The notes beneath the pieces are model-generated. The model searched no databases. It was not told the origin of the DNA and saw only the letters and a list, made by a program, of their open reading frames with translations. From assembly GCA_028713045.1 (NCBI GenBank), contig JAQTOY010000002.1, positions 60 to 64,059 of the forward strand: a stretch of 64,000 bases of DNA, read 5' to 3'. Numbering within the stretch: the stretch's first letter is position 1; each line of letters starts with the position of its first letter. Source of the DNA: Candidatus Nanoarchaeia archaeon. GTDB lineage: Archaea > Nanobdellota > Nanobdellia > Pacearchaeales > GW2011-AR1. Shown piece after piece: positions 8,755 to 16,843 of the stretch. A program made the translations under genes and the position numbers.

Positions 8755-8958
8755 ATGAACGACCCTCATTTAGAATCAAGATTTCCACAAAGAACCGAAA
8801 GGGACAATGCCGTTCCATTTTATTTAACATTGGCAGCTTTTGCTCTAGGCGGATTGCTTTCATTGCCATTCATACCCAGTTGTAGTGAAAACAAAGGAAG
8901 AACAAGTCCTCCAATGATTTATCCAGTAGAGTTTAAATCTATTTATTCCCAAAGATAA
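8755..8958 (+). CDS. possible small membrane protein
   Basis: One TM-like segment (FYLTLAAFALGGLLSLPFI). It overlaps only the discarded upstream part of the 7918 ORF. Confidence 0.35.
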   Translation: MNDPHLESRFPQRTERDNAVPFYLTLAAFALGGLLSLPFIPSCSENKGRTSPPMIYPVEFKSIYSQR

Positions 8959-9158
8959 AGTCTTTTTGCACAGTTTTCAGGTTAACAGAAACCTTTATAA
9001 ATATGCTTTCCAGATATATATAAGATTAAGTAAGAGACGAAAAGGATATATAATATCAGATTATATCAATCATATTCATGTTCATTTTGAACGCAGTTAG
9101 ATAAATTATATAACGATTAGAACATCTTTTTCTTTGCTTATCTTAATCTAGGATAAAA

Positions 9159-10349
9159 ATGGCTAAGATAAGCCCAGTATCAATAAAATACATAATACAT
9201 GCAAAATTTGAAGCTAGCGGAGCAATTGAAAAACCAGATATAATCGGGGCAATATTTGGACAAACCGAAGGTCTTTTAGGAGAAGATTTGGAGATGAGAG
9301 AACTCCAAAAGTCTGGAAAAATAGGCAGGATAGAAGTCAATGTCGATTATGATGAAGGAAAAACTATTGGTGAAATAGAAGTTCCTTCTGCAATGGACAA
9401 AACAGAAACAACAATAATTGCAGCTGCTTTAGAGACCATTGAAAGGGTTGGTCCAAGCGACACAAAAATAACAATAGAAGGTATTGAAGATGTAAGGGGA
9501 AGCAAAAGAGATTATATTCTTGAAAGAGCAAAAAAACTAATGGAAAAATTAGGAGACACGGGCAATGATTTTAGTGAAATCACTGATGAGATAAAAACTT
9601 CTGCGAAAGTTGCGAAAATACAGGCCTATGGAACTGAAAATCTTCCATGCGGGGACATTTCCGGAGATGAACTTATAATTGTTGAAGGAAGGGCTGATGT
9701 TGTAAATCTTTTAAAAAAAGGCATTAAAAATGTCATAGCAATGAATGGAACTAACTTGCCTCAGACAATTAAGAAACTTACAGAAGAAAAACCCGAAGTT
9801 ACTCTTTTTGTTGATGGCGATAGAGGTGGAAATCTTATAATCAAAAACGTAGTTGAAAATGCAAAAATAGATTTCATTGCAATGGCTCCTGAAGGAAAAG
9901 AAGTTGAGGAATTGACTGGAAAGGAAATTCTTCAAGCATTAAGAAAAAAAATTCCAGCAAGAGAATATTCTTTGAATCAAAGGAATAGGGGCGTAAGAAG
10001 ATATGACGAAGTTGAAAACAGAAAACCTGTAGTAGAACTTGCAGAAAAACCAAGAAAAGAAATCCAAAAAATAACTGCAAAAGAAAAAGAGCAGATTAAA
10101 GATTCTATAAATGAACTGATAGGCACAAAAGGAGCTATAATCTTTAATAACAAACTGGAACCTATTAAAAAACTTCCAGTCAGCAGGTTGTCTCCTTTGC
10201 TACGGCTTGATGAAGAACCCTACATAATTGCTATGGATGGTACTGCAACCCCAAAACTTGTTGAAATCTGCGAGCAGATGGGATGTCATAATATTATTGC
10301 AACAAATTTTGTTTACACAGACACACCGATAAATTTAGTTAGCATGTGA
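9159..10349 (+). CDS. dnaG: archaeal DnaG-type primase (TOPRIM domain)
   Basis: TOPRIM motifs ELIIVEGRADVVNL and LFVDGDRGGNLI. The N-terminal region is typical of archaeal DnaG. Confidence 0.9.
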   Translation: MAKISPVSIKYIIHAKFEASGAIEKPDIIGAIFGQTEGLLGEDLEMRELQKSGKIGRIEVNVDYDEGKTIGEIEVPSAMDKTETTIIAAALETIERVGPSDTKITIEGIEDVRGSKRDYILERAKKLMEKLGDTGNDFSEITDEIKTSAKVAKIQAYGTENLPCGDISGDELIIVEGRADVVNLLKKGIKNVIAMNGTNLPQTIKKLTEEKPEVTLFVDGDRGGNLIIKNVVENAKIDFIAMAPEGKEVEELTGKEILQALRKKIPAREYSLNQRNRGVRRYDEVENRKPVVELAEKPRKEIQKITAKEKEQIKDSINELIGTKGAIIFNNKLEPIKKLPVSRLSPLLRLDEEPYIIAMDGTATPKLVEICEQMGCHNIIATNFVYTDTPINLVSM

Positions 10350-10471
10350 GGATACTTAGGTATACCGGTTGCATACGCTTAATTCTACGAAGTTAAAAAC
10401 GCAGAGGGTTTATGATTTTAAAAATTCTGTTTTAGAATAAGATTTAAAAACCATTTTTTTATAGTCTTTTA

Positions 10472-10762
10472 ATGGAAATTAATGAAATAAAATTAGAATC
10501 TACAGGATTGGCAAAATTTGTTCAGGAAAGTTTAGGAGGAAGAACCATTATAAGTGATGGTTTAGGCCATAATTTTGCATTAGATTTTGGAGGAAATGTT
10601 GTTGATACAGAAGCACTAGTGGGCAGAGTAGCTGATTTCTATACTTCCAGAGGGTATGTACAACCAGATTCTGCTCACCTTAGTTTTGCAAATGAAGATA
10701 AAAAAAGAGATATTTTTTTAACAATTAAACCCTCATTTGTTTATGTGGATATATCTGCTTAA
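10472..10762 (+). CDS. hypothetical protein (orphan class), 96 aa
   Basis: Intact ORF with a TATA-like A/T box just upstream. Confidence 0.5.
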   Translation: MEINEIKLESTGLAKFVQESLGGRTIISDGLGHNFALDFGGNVVDTEALVGRVADFYTSRGYVQPDSAHLSFANEDKKRDIFLTIKPSFVYVDISA

Positions 10763-10878
10763 GATTAATAATAAATTTAAATTCGCAATAGTAAATGAGG
10801 TTTGAAATAGCAATCAATAAAGGTAACTTATTATTATTTCTTTAATCCCAGAACATTTAAATAGTTTTTTTATTTTTA

Positions 10879-11361
10879 TTGCATATGAAATTAGCTGAAA
10901 AAAGTAGGGATAAATCTCAATACGTTAGAATCATTATAATCATCCTGATACCGATTCTGGTTATATCTGCAATTTACCTATTCTATATATTTAATTCAAA
11001 ATCTTGCGAAGATGAAACTTGTTTCATCTCTGCAATTGAACACTGCCAAAAAGCCTCTTGGCTGAAAGAAGAGGCAGATTCTGTCTGGATGCTGAGGATA
11101 TTAGGAAAAGAAGACAATAATCATTGTAGATTATATGCGAGATTAGTAAACCTTCGAAGCGGAGCTCTTGATTCTGAAAAGCTAATTGGAAAGGATATGA
11201 CCTGTATTGTATTAAATACTGAAACCAGTTTTCCTTCATCAGATATGGCCGAATGCACAGGTATATTGAAAGAAGAAATTCAGGATATAATAATAAAGAG
11301 GATGCATGATTATATTCTTAGTAATATCGGAGAAATAAAAGAAGAGTTCGGAGCGATTTAA
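10879..11361 (+). CDS. membrane-anchored protein with Cys-containing ectodomain
   Basis: N-terminal signal-anchor helix IIIIILIPILVISAIYLFYIF. Confidence 0.55.
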   Translation: MHMKLAEKSRDKSQYVRIIIIILIPILVISAIYLFYIFNSKSCEDETCFISAIEHCQKASWLKEEADSVWMLRILGKEDNNHCRLYARLVNLRSGALDSEKLIGKDMTCIVLNTETSFPSSDMAECTGILKEEIQDIIIKRMHDYILSNIGEIKEEFGAI

Positions 11362-11363
11362 AA

Positions 11364-11564
11364 TTAAACCGCAAGATATTCAGAACCAATCCTTATATTA
11401 ATTTTTTTAGAATGTTCCTCAAATCTTTGCAATCTTTCTAAAAATTCATATGCATCTTGATTAGGAAATGTGATTATGGTAGTATAGGCAGGTATACCCA
11501 TTTTTTTAGCTTCTCTAATCATAGCCTCCCCTAATCTTTGCCCCAAAGTTTTTTCTTTAGACAT
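11364..11564 (-). CDS. hypothetical small protein, 66 aa
   Basis: Intact ORF. No motif recognised. Confidence 0.4.
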   Translation of the reverse strand: MSKEKTLGQRLGEAMIREAKKMGIPAYTTIITFPNQDAYEFLERLQRFEEHSKKINIRIGSEYLAV

Positions 11565-11744
11565 ATTAATTATTAATAAAAAATAGCTTAAATATATTTA
11601 TATTCAATGATTATTGGATTCTTTCTATTCTAGCTCACTCTTTTCTTAAAAATCCTGCATAAACATTAATGATAAGTTTATAGTTTCCTCATTGTTCTTC
11701 AAGTTAATTCATTAACTTAATAAATAACTCGGGCTTTATTTTAT

Positions 11745-12515
11745 ATGGTAATTTATTTCGGACCAGCAGGATTAGGTCCTGTTAAAACCGCAACTGAAAG
11801 ATTGGAGGAATACCACAAATTAGGTTTGAAAGCCTGCGAGATAGCATTTACTTATGGTGTTTATATTCATAATGAGAAAGACGCAGAAGAAATAGGAAAA
11901 ACTGCAAAAAAATTGGACATTAATCTATCAATTCACGCACCCTATTGGATTAATCTTAACAGCGAGGAAAAAAAGAAGGTAGAAGAAAGCAAAAAAAGGA
12001 TTCTTGATTGCTGCAAAATAGGGGAGGTTTTACAAGCGGATGTAGTTGTCTTTCATCCAGGATATTATGGAAAAATGAAAGAAGAGGAGACTTATGAGAA
12101 CATTAAAAATGCGATTCTTGAAATTCAAAAGGAAATTAAAAAACATAATTGGAAAATTAAGATAGCTCCAGAAACCATGGGAAAAGTTAATGTTTTTGGC
12201 TCCATTGAACAGATTGCTAAACTAGTTGAAGAAACTAACTGCAGTTTTTGCATTGATTTTGCACATGTTCTCGCTAGAGAAAAAAAAGTTGATTATGAAA
12301 AAATAAGATCTCTTTTCAAGCCGGAAAAATGGCATTGCCATTTTTCAGGGATTGTTTACAGTGAAAAGGGAGAAAGACACCATATTAAGACCCCAAAAGA
12401 AAAATGGAAGGAGCTTTTAGATAATCTTCCAAAAAATAAAGACATAATAATAATCAACGAAAGCCCAGATATGATTAATGATTCTGTTGATGGGCTGAAG
12501 ATGTGGAAGGGGTAG
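11745..12515 (+). CDS. nfo: endonuclease IV-like AP endonuclease (xylose-isomerase-like TIM barrel)
   Basis: Metal-ligand blocks LSIHAPYWINL, VVVFHPGYYG, IAPETMGK and CIDFAHV. Confidence 0.75.
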   Translation: MVIYFGPAGLGPVKTATERLEEYHKLGLKACEIAFTYGVYIHNEKDAEEIGKTAKKLDINLSIHAPYWINLNSEEKKKVEESKKRILDCCKIGEVLQADVVVFHPGYYGKMKEEETYENIKNAILEIQKEIKKHNWKIKIAPETMGKVNVFGSIEQIAKLVEETNCSFCIDFAHVLAREKKVDYEKIRSLFKPEKWHCHFSGIVYSEKGERHHIKTPKEKWKELLDNLPKNKDIIIINESPDMINDSVDGLKMWKG

Positions 12516-12775
12516 TTCCAAGCATTCTTGCAGTCTCTCATATCAGCTTTATTCTATTAACAACTTCCGGTGATGAAGAGAGATCATTATATCTGAACAA
12601 AACCAAACTCTGCAAAGTACGTCCCTTTCAGGACTATCATGCTTTGAACAATAGGATTTTCCCTCAACTATATTTTGATATCAGCATAACTGACTATGAT
12701 TATAATCATGACAGCATGCTCCGCATTGCAAGCATTTTTCATTACCCCAAATACCCAAATTATCTATTGGCATTT

Positions 12776-13132
12776 TTACCTCTGAATATATTCATCCAAT
12801 AATCCCTCTTCAAATCTCGGACATTCTGCTTCACCCGTCCTTCTTTTTTCAGAAATTCTCTGTGAATATTCTCTTTTGCTTCTTAATTCCTCTGCTCCGG
12901 CAAAACCCGTATAAAATCCAAGAGTTAAAGGTAATAAATTAAACTTAAAATGACCTAGTGAGCAAAGTCCCGCGAACATCCATTTCATAGCTTCTTCGCC
13001 CATATTTTTTGATTCAAAAGGAAATGAAATATATCTATAAAATGCAACCGGAGCTAGTAATCCTCCTGCAACCCCTGTGTAAATATTTAATCTTTCCCTT
13101 AAATTGTAAAATTGTTTAAGCGGGGTTCTCAT
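12776..13132 (-). CDS. hypothetical membrane-associated protein
   Basis: Two to three hydrophobic segments. Lies 12 nt downstream of the RHH gene. Confidence 0.45.
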   Translation of the reverse strand: MRTPLKQFYNLRERLNIYTGVAGGLLAPVAFYRYISFPFESKNMGEEAMKWMFAGLCSLGHFKFNLLPLTLGFYTGFAGAEELRSKREYSQRISEKRRTGEAECPRFEEGLLDEYIQR

Positions 13133-13144
13133 TTTAAATTAAGT

Positions 13145-13369
13145 TTAGAAGTTTTGTTTCATTCTCTTCTTCATTATCTGCCTTCTTCTGATCCTTTTAT
13201 CAATATTATTCAGAATCTTTTGGGATTTTTCAGGGGTTTTTTTGCAGATATTGAGTATATAGAACATCTTGTTAAGGATGTCATTGAAGGTTTCTCTTTC
13301 ATATTCCTTCAGTTTATTCAGTCTTTCGCGGGTATCTTTGGTTATTTTTATCGTCGTTATTTCAGCCAT
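13145..13369 (-). CDS. ribbon-helix-helix (CopG/antitoxin-like) DNA-binding protein
   Basis: N-terminal beta-strand plus helices: TTIKITKDTRERLNKLKEYERETFNDILNKM. Confidence 0.5.
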   Translation of the reverse strand: MAEITTIKITKDTRERLNKLKEYERETFNDILNKMFYILNICKKTPEKSQKILNNIDKRIRRRQIMKKRMKQNF

Positions 13370-13497
13370 ACCAAGGTATACCTAGGAATACTTTATAAAG
13401 CTTTTGTATATTGTAATTATTTAATAGTTAGTACATAACAGAAATATTTATAAAGCATTTTTTTGTCATAAAATTAACTAAATTTTAAAAGCTTAAC

Positions 13498-14742
13498 ATG
13501 AGAAACAAAGTTATCATGGTTTCAATTATAGCATTATTTGCTATAGTTTTTGCCTTGAACACAGTAATGGCTTCTGACATGGTTAGTGACGTAACAGTCA
13601 AAATTAATGATGTCGTTGCTTCTGAAACTTCCCCTGTAGCTGGATTTGTTTCAAGCACAGTTCCAGTTGAAGTTCAATTTACTGCAGCATATGATGTTTC
13701 AGATGTTAGAGTTAGGGTCTATATAGAAGGGTATAAGGATGAAGTTTATGAGATAACTCCTAGATTTCATATAGTCAATGGAAGCAGATATATTGAAAGC
13801 TTTTCATTGAAACTTCCTTCAACAATGGACCTTGATGATCTAACTGAAGGTGTAACTTTATATGTTACAATCAGCGCAAAAGGCGAAGATTCAGTTGAAA
13901 GGGAATATGCAATAGAAATGCAGAGAGACCTTTACAGCTTGGATATTCTGTCTATTGAGGCTCCAGAAACAGCAGCTGCAGGAAGCACAATAGCTATTGA
14001 TGTTGTTCTGCAAAACAATGGTAATGAAAGACTTGACAACACATATGTTAAAGCATCAATTCCAGGATTGGGTATTGAAAGAAGAGTATATTTTGGAGAC
14101 TTAGTCTCTACTGAAGATGAAGATGAGAATGATCTTGATGATTCAGTGAACAAGAAAATATACTTGACTCTTCCAAGAAATGCCGCATCAGGCGTTTACA
14201 ATATAGAATTAGAAGCTTATAACTATGATACAAGTACAACTGCTAAGAAAAAACTGGTTGTTAGTGATGTTGAGACAGGCATTTTGCCATCTCTAAGCAC
14301 TAAAACAGTTTCAGTTGGACAGGAAACAAGCTTCGATGTTGTTTTAGTTAACCCTAATGATAAGATGGTTGTTTATACATTAACACCAGAACAATCAGAA
14401 GGGCTTACTATAAACGTTGAAGAACCTGTTGTTGCAGTTTCTGCTGGTTCCAGCAAAACTGTAAAAGTTGATGTTAAAGCTACAAACAGCGCTGCTGAAG
14501 GTTCACACACAATAACAATTGATGTAACTTCAGATTCAGGACTTGTTAAAAAAGTCAACTTTAATCTGAATGTTGAAAAATCAGCAACAACAACTGGAAA
14601 TCTTCCAGCTGGAAACAATGTAGTTTTAATATTGACAGTAATCTTAGTGATTATATTTGTTGTTTTATTAGTAGTCTTGATAGTGCTATTGACAAAGAAA
14701 CCAGCAGAATCTGAAGAATTCGGAGAAACAAGTTACTATTAA
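13498..14742 (+). CDS. cell-surface (S-layer-like) protein with N-terminal signal sequence and C-terminal TM anchor
   Basis: Signal peptide VIMVSIIALFAIVFALNTVMA. T/S/V-rich beta-type domains. C-terminal VVLILTVILVIIFVVLLVVLIVLL followed by KKP. Confidence 0.7.
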   Translation: MRNKVIMVSIIALFAIVFALNTVMASDMVSDVTVKINDVVASETSPVAGFVSSTVPVEVQFTAAYDVSDVRVRVYIEGYKDEVYEITPRFHIVNGSRYIESFSLKLPSTMDLDDLTEGVTLYVTISAKGEDSVEREYAIEMQRDLYSLDILSIEAPETAAAGSTIAIDVVLQNNGNERLDNTYVKASIPGLGIERRVYFGDLVSTEDEDENDLDDSVNKKIYLTLPRNAASGVYNIELEAYNYDTSTTAKKKLVVSDVETGILPSLSTKTVSVGQETSFDVVLVNPNDKMVVYTLTPEQSEGLTINVEEPVVAVSAGSSKTVKVDVKATNSAAEGSHTITIDVTSDSGLVKKVNFNLNVEKSATTTGNLPAGNNVVLILTVILVIIFVVLLVVLIVLLTKKPAESEEFGETSYY

Positions 14743-14829
14743 TTTTTTTGTTTTTTCTTATTTTTTACTTGTTATCCGTTCTTCTTTTTTAAAAAGAGAT
14801 GTTCTATATTTTTTAATACAAAAGAATTT

Positions 14830-15939
14830 TTAAGGGATTATTTCCGGTCCGAAATATTTTTCATATTCAAAATCTTTTTCAGAAATTCTTTTATTTTTTA
14901 TCAATTCTTTAATCTCCGGAAGTTTATTTATTAATTCATCTATCAAATGCTTGATTGTTTTACAGATAATTTCATCGCCATTTTCAGGCCATAATCCTGC
15001 TTTGTTCCAATATAAGCATCTTCCTCCGCATAAATCTTTATAATCACAAGCTAAGCATCTTCCTTCAACATCAAATTTTCTCAATTTTTCAGGTTCAGAA
15101 TCAAGAGTTCCTGCCTCAAAATCTTTTATGCAATTCATTATTGGGCATGCAATTATTTTTCCATCTGTTGCAATTGCATAACCATAATGTCCTGCTCCGC
15201 AACGCAGTTTTGTAGGCTCATTTTTTAACAAAGAATCAACAATTGCTATAAAAGGATATATCCTAAGAACCTTTCCTTTCTTCAGCTCATTTATCCAATA
15301 ATCAATTAATTTTGAAACAGATTTATTATATTCTTCAACAAATTTAGAAAATGTTTTTTCATTAAAATCAAACTTGAAAAAACCAGCATCCAATTGCCAA
15401 TGATAAGAATCAAATGAGTTTAGATTAATTAAGTTTAAGACTTGTTCATATAAATCCGGAAACTTTTGATCAATAGTCATTCTGGCTATTATCTCTCCTT
15501 TATATCCATTTCTTCTTATGAATTTTATATTCGCTATAACTTTGTCAAAAGTTCCCTTGCCTTTGTTGAAGTCTGTCCTTTCTTTATTTCCATCGATAGA
15601 AACAAGAATCTTATCAATCCGGTTGATGTACTCCGAAGGCAGTTCATGAAGAAGTTTTCCGTTTGTCTGCATTCTAAAAGGAACCTTAATTTCATCCATT
15701 ATTTCTTTTATCTTATCAATCTCCATCAACGGCTCTCCACCATAAAAAATAAGAACAGCATCTCTATCTTTCTCAAGGAATTTTTTCAGTTTTTTAACAG
15801 AAACTTCTGATTTTTCAGGAGCAGAAAAATCAAATTTGAATTTTTTATCAAGTCCATTGTCAAATTCCTCCATAGATTTTTTATAGCAATAATTGCATTC
15901 TGAATTGCATGTTTCTGTTAAAATAATGTGATAGTGCAT
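14830..15939 (-). CDS. radical SAM enzyme with C-terminal SPASM-type Cys cluster (maturase-like)
   Basis: CNSECNYC (CxxxCxxC) at the N-terminus. C-terminal CGAG...ACP...CLACDYKDLCGGRC. Confidence 0.8.
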   Translation of the reverse strand: MHYHIILTETCNSECNYCYKKSMEEFDNGLDKKFKFDFSAPEKSEVSVKKLKKFLEKDRDAVLIFYGGEPLMEIDKIKEIMDEIKVPFRMQTNGKLLHELPSEYINRIDKILVSIDGNKERTDFNKGKGTFDKVIANIKFIRRNGYKGEIIARMTIDQKFPDLYEQVLNLINLNSFDSYHWQLDAGFFKFDFNEKTFSKFVEEYNKSVSKLIDYWINELKKGKVLRIYPFIAIVDSLLKNEPTKLRCGAGHYGYAIATDGKIIACPIMNCIKDFEAGTLDSEPEKLRKFDVEGRCLACDYKDLCGGRCLYWNKAGLWPENGDEIICKTIKHLIDELINKLPEIKELIKNKRISEKDFEYEKYFGPEIIP

Positions 15940-16171
15940 AAGAATAAATAAAAAGTGCGTTTTTAAAACATACCCTTATCAATTTTTTCCTAAAATTATT
16001 TTTAATACGCGTGAAAAATATCCATTCTTTAGAATGAAGTAATATACCTCGATTTTTCCAGGTTCTCAAAAAACCAAACTCTACGATTTAGTGCGGAGTT
16101 AAAAACCAGTAGGGTTTTGTGATAAAGGAAAAATTTATAAACTATGTTTCGACTATACAGTGGTATCCAAA

Positions 16172-16834
16172 ATGCCAGCAACATCGAATAGAAAAAAATT
16201 AATTTGGACAGGAATTACAGGAGCAATTCTAGCAGCTGCTGCAACTTTTGGAATAATGAAATATTCTTGTGATTCAAAAGCTCCTGAAAATCCAAGAGTT
16301 TTAGTGCCTGAAGGATTAAAAACCGGAGTTTTTGATTTAGTAAGATTTAATCCTCAAACGAATGCTTATGAGCCTGTGGATGTAGATGGCAATGGTTATA
16401 CAGAATCAGGGTTGGTGAAAGGCAATGAATTCGTAGATATATTGTGGGGGGTTCCGGGAGTTAGGCCTGAAACAGACTCTCAATATCAACCTGGCAACAG
16501 TCCACGAACAGCTTCTTATGGATATACAAGAATCGCAGGATATAATAATTCTCAAGGATCTCTTGAATTAATGCCTATAGCTCAACCATTACAATCACCA
16601 ACTAACCCCCTTCAAGATTTAATACCTAATAATTTAGGGCTCTCTGAAAGATGTAATGTTGGTCCAGTCGAAACTTCTGTGTTCAGGCTTGATACCCAAG
16701 GGGTTTTAGCTTATTATGAATCTTTAGGAATTAAACCTACCTTTAATTATTCAGCTGTAAGAGATACAATAATCAACAGTCCTCATTCTAAAGGATCAAT
16801 CGGCTATATGAAAAGACGAAGAACTAGTGATTAG
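16172..16834 (+). CDS. membrane-anchored or secreted hypothetical protein (orphan class)
   Basis: I prefer the ATG at 16172 over the tracked GTG at 16160. TATA-like TTTATAAA at 16134-16141. N-terminal helix LIWTGITGAILAAAATFGIM. Confidence 0.55.
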   Translation: MPATSNRKKLIWTGITGAILAAAATFGIMKYSCDSKAPENPRVLVPEGLKTGVFDLVRFNPQTNAYEPVDVDGNGYTESGLVKGNEFVDILWGVPGVRPETDSQYQPGNSPRTASYGYTRIAGYNNSQGSLELMPIAQPLQSPTNPLQDLIPNNLGLSERCNVGPVETSVFRLDTQGVLAYYESLGIKPTFNYSAVRDTIINSPHSKGSIGYMKRRRTSD

Positions 16835-16843
16835 TTCTATATT

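Noticed and set aside
6697-8958. An integrated mobile element at tRNA-Ser carrying the orphan genes 7169..8958 (and likewise next to tRNA-Lys)
   Set aside because: There is no integrase, transposase or replication gene. The tRNA-derived repeats bracket only ~100-300 nt rather than the neighbouring genes. The idea is kept only as one possible historical explanation in the findings.
12503-12802. ORFs 12503..12802 (+) and 13112..13438 (+)
   Set aside because: The first runs through an intergenic spacer and into the end of the opposite-strand 12776 gene. The second is antisense to the RHH gene. Neither has a recognisable motif.
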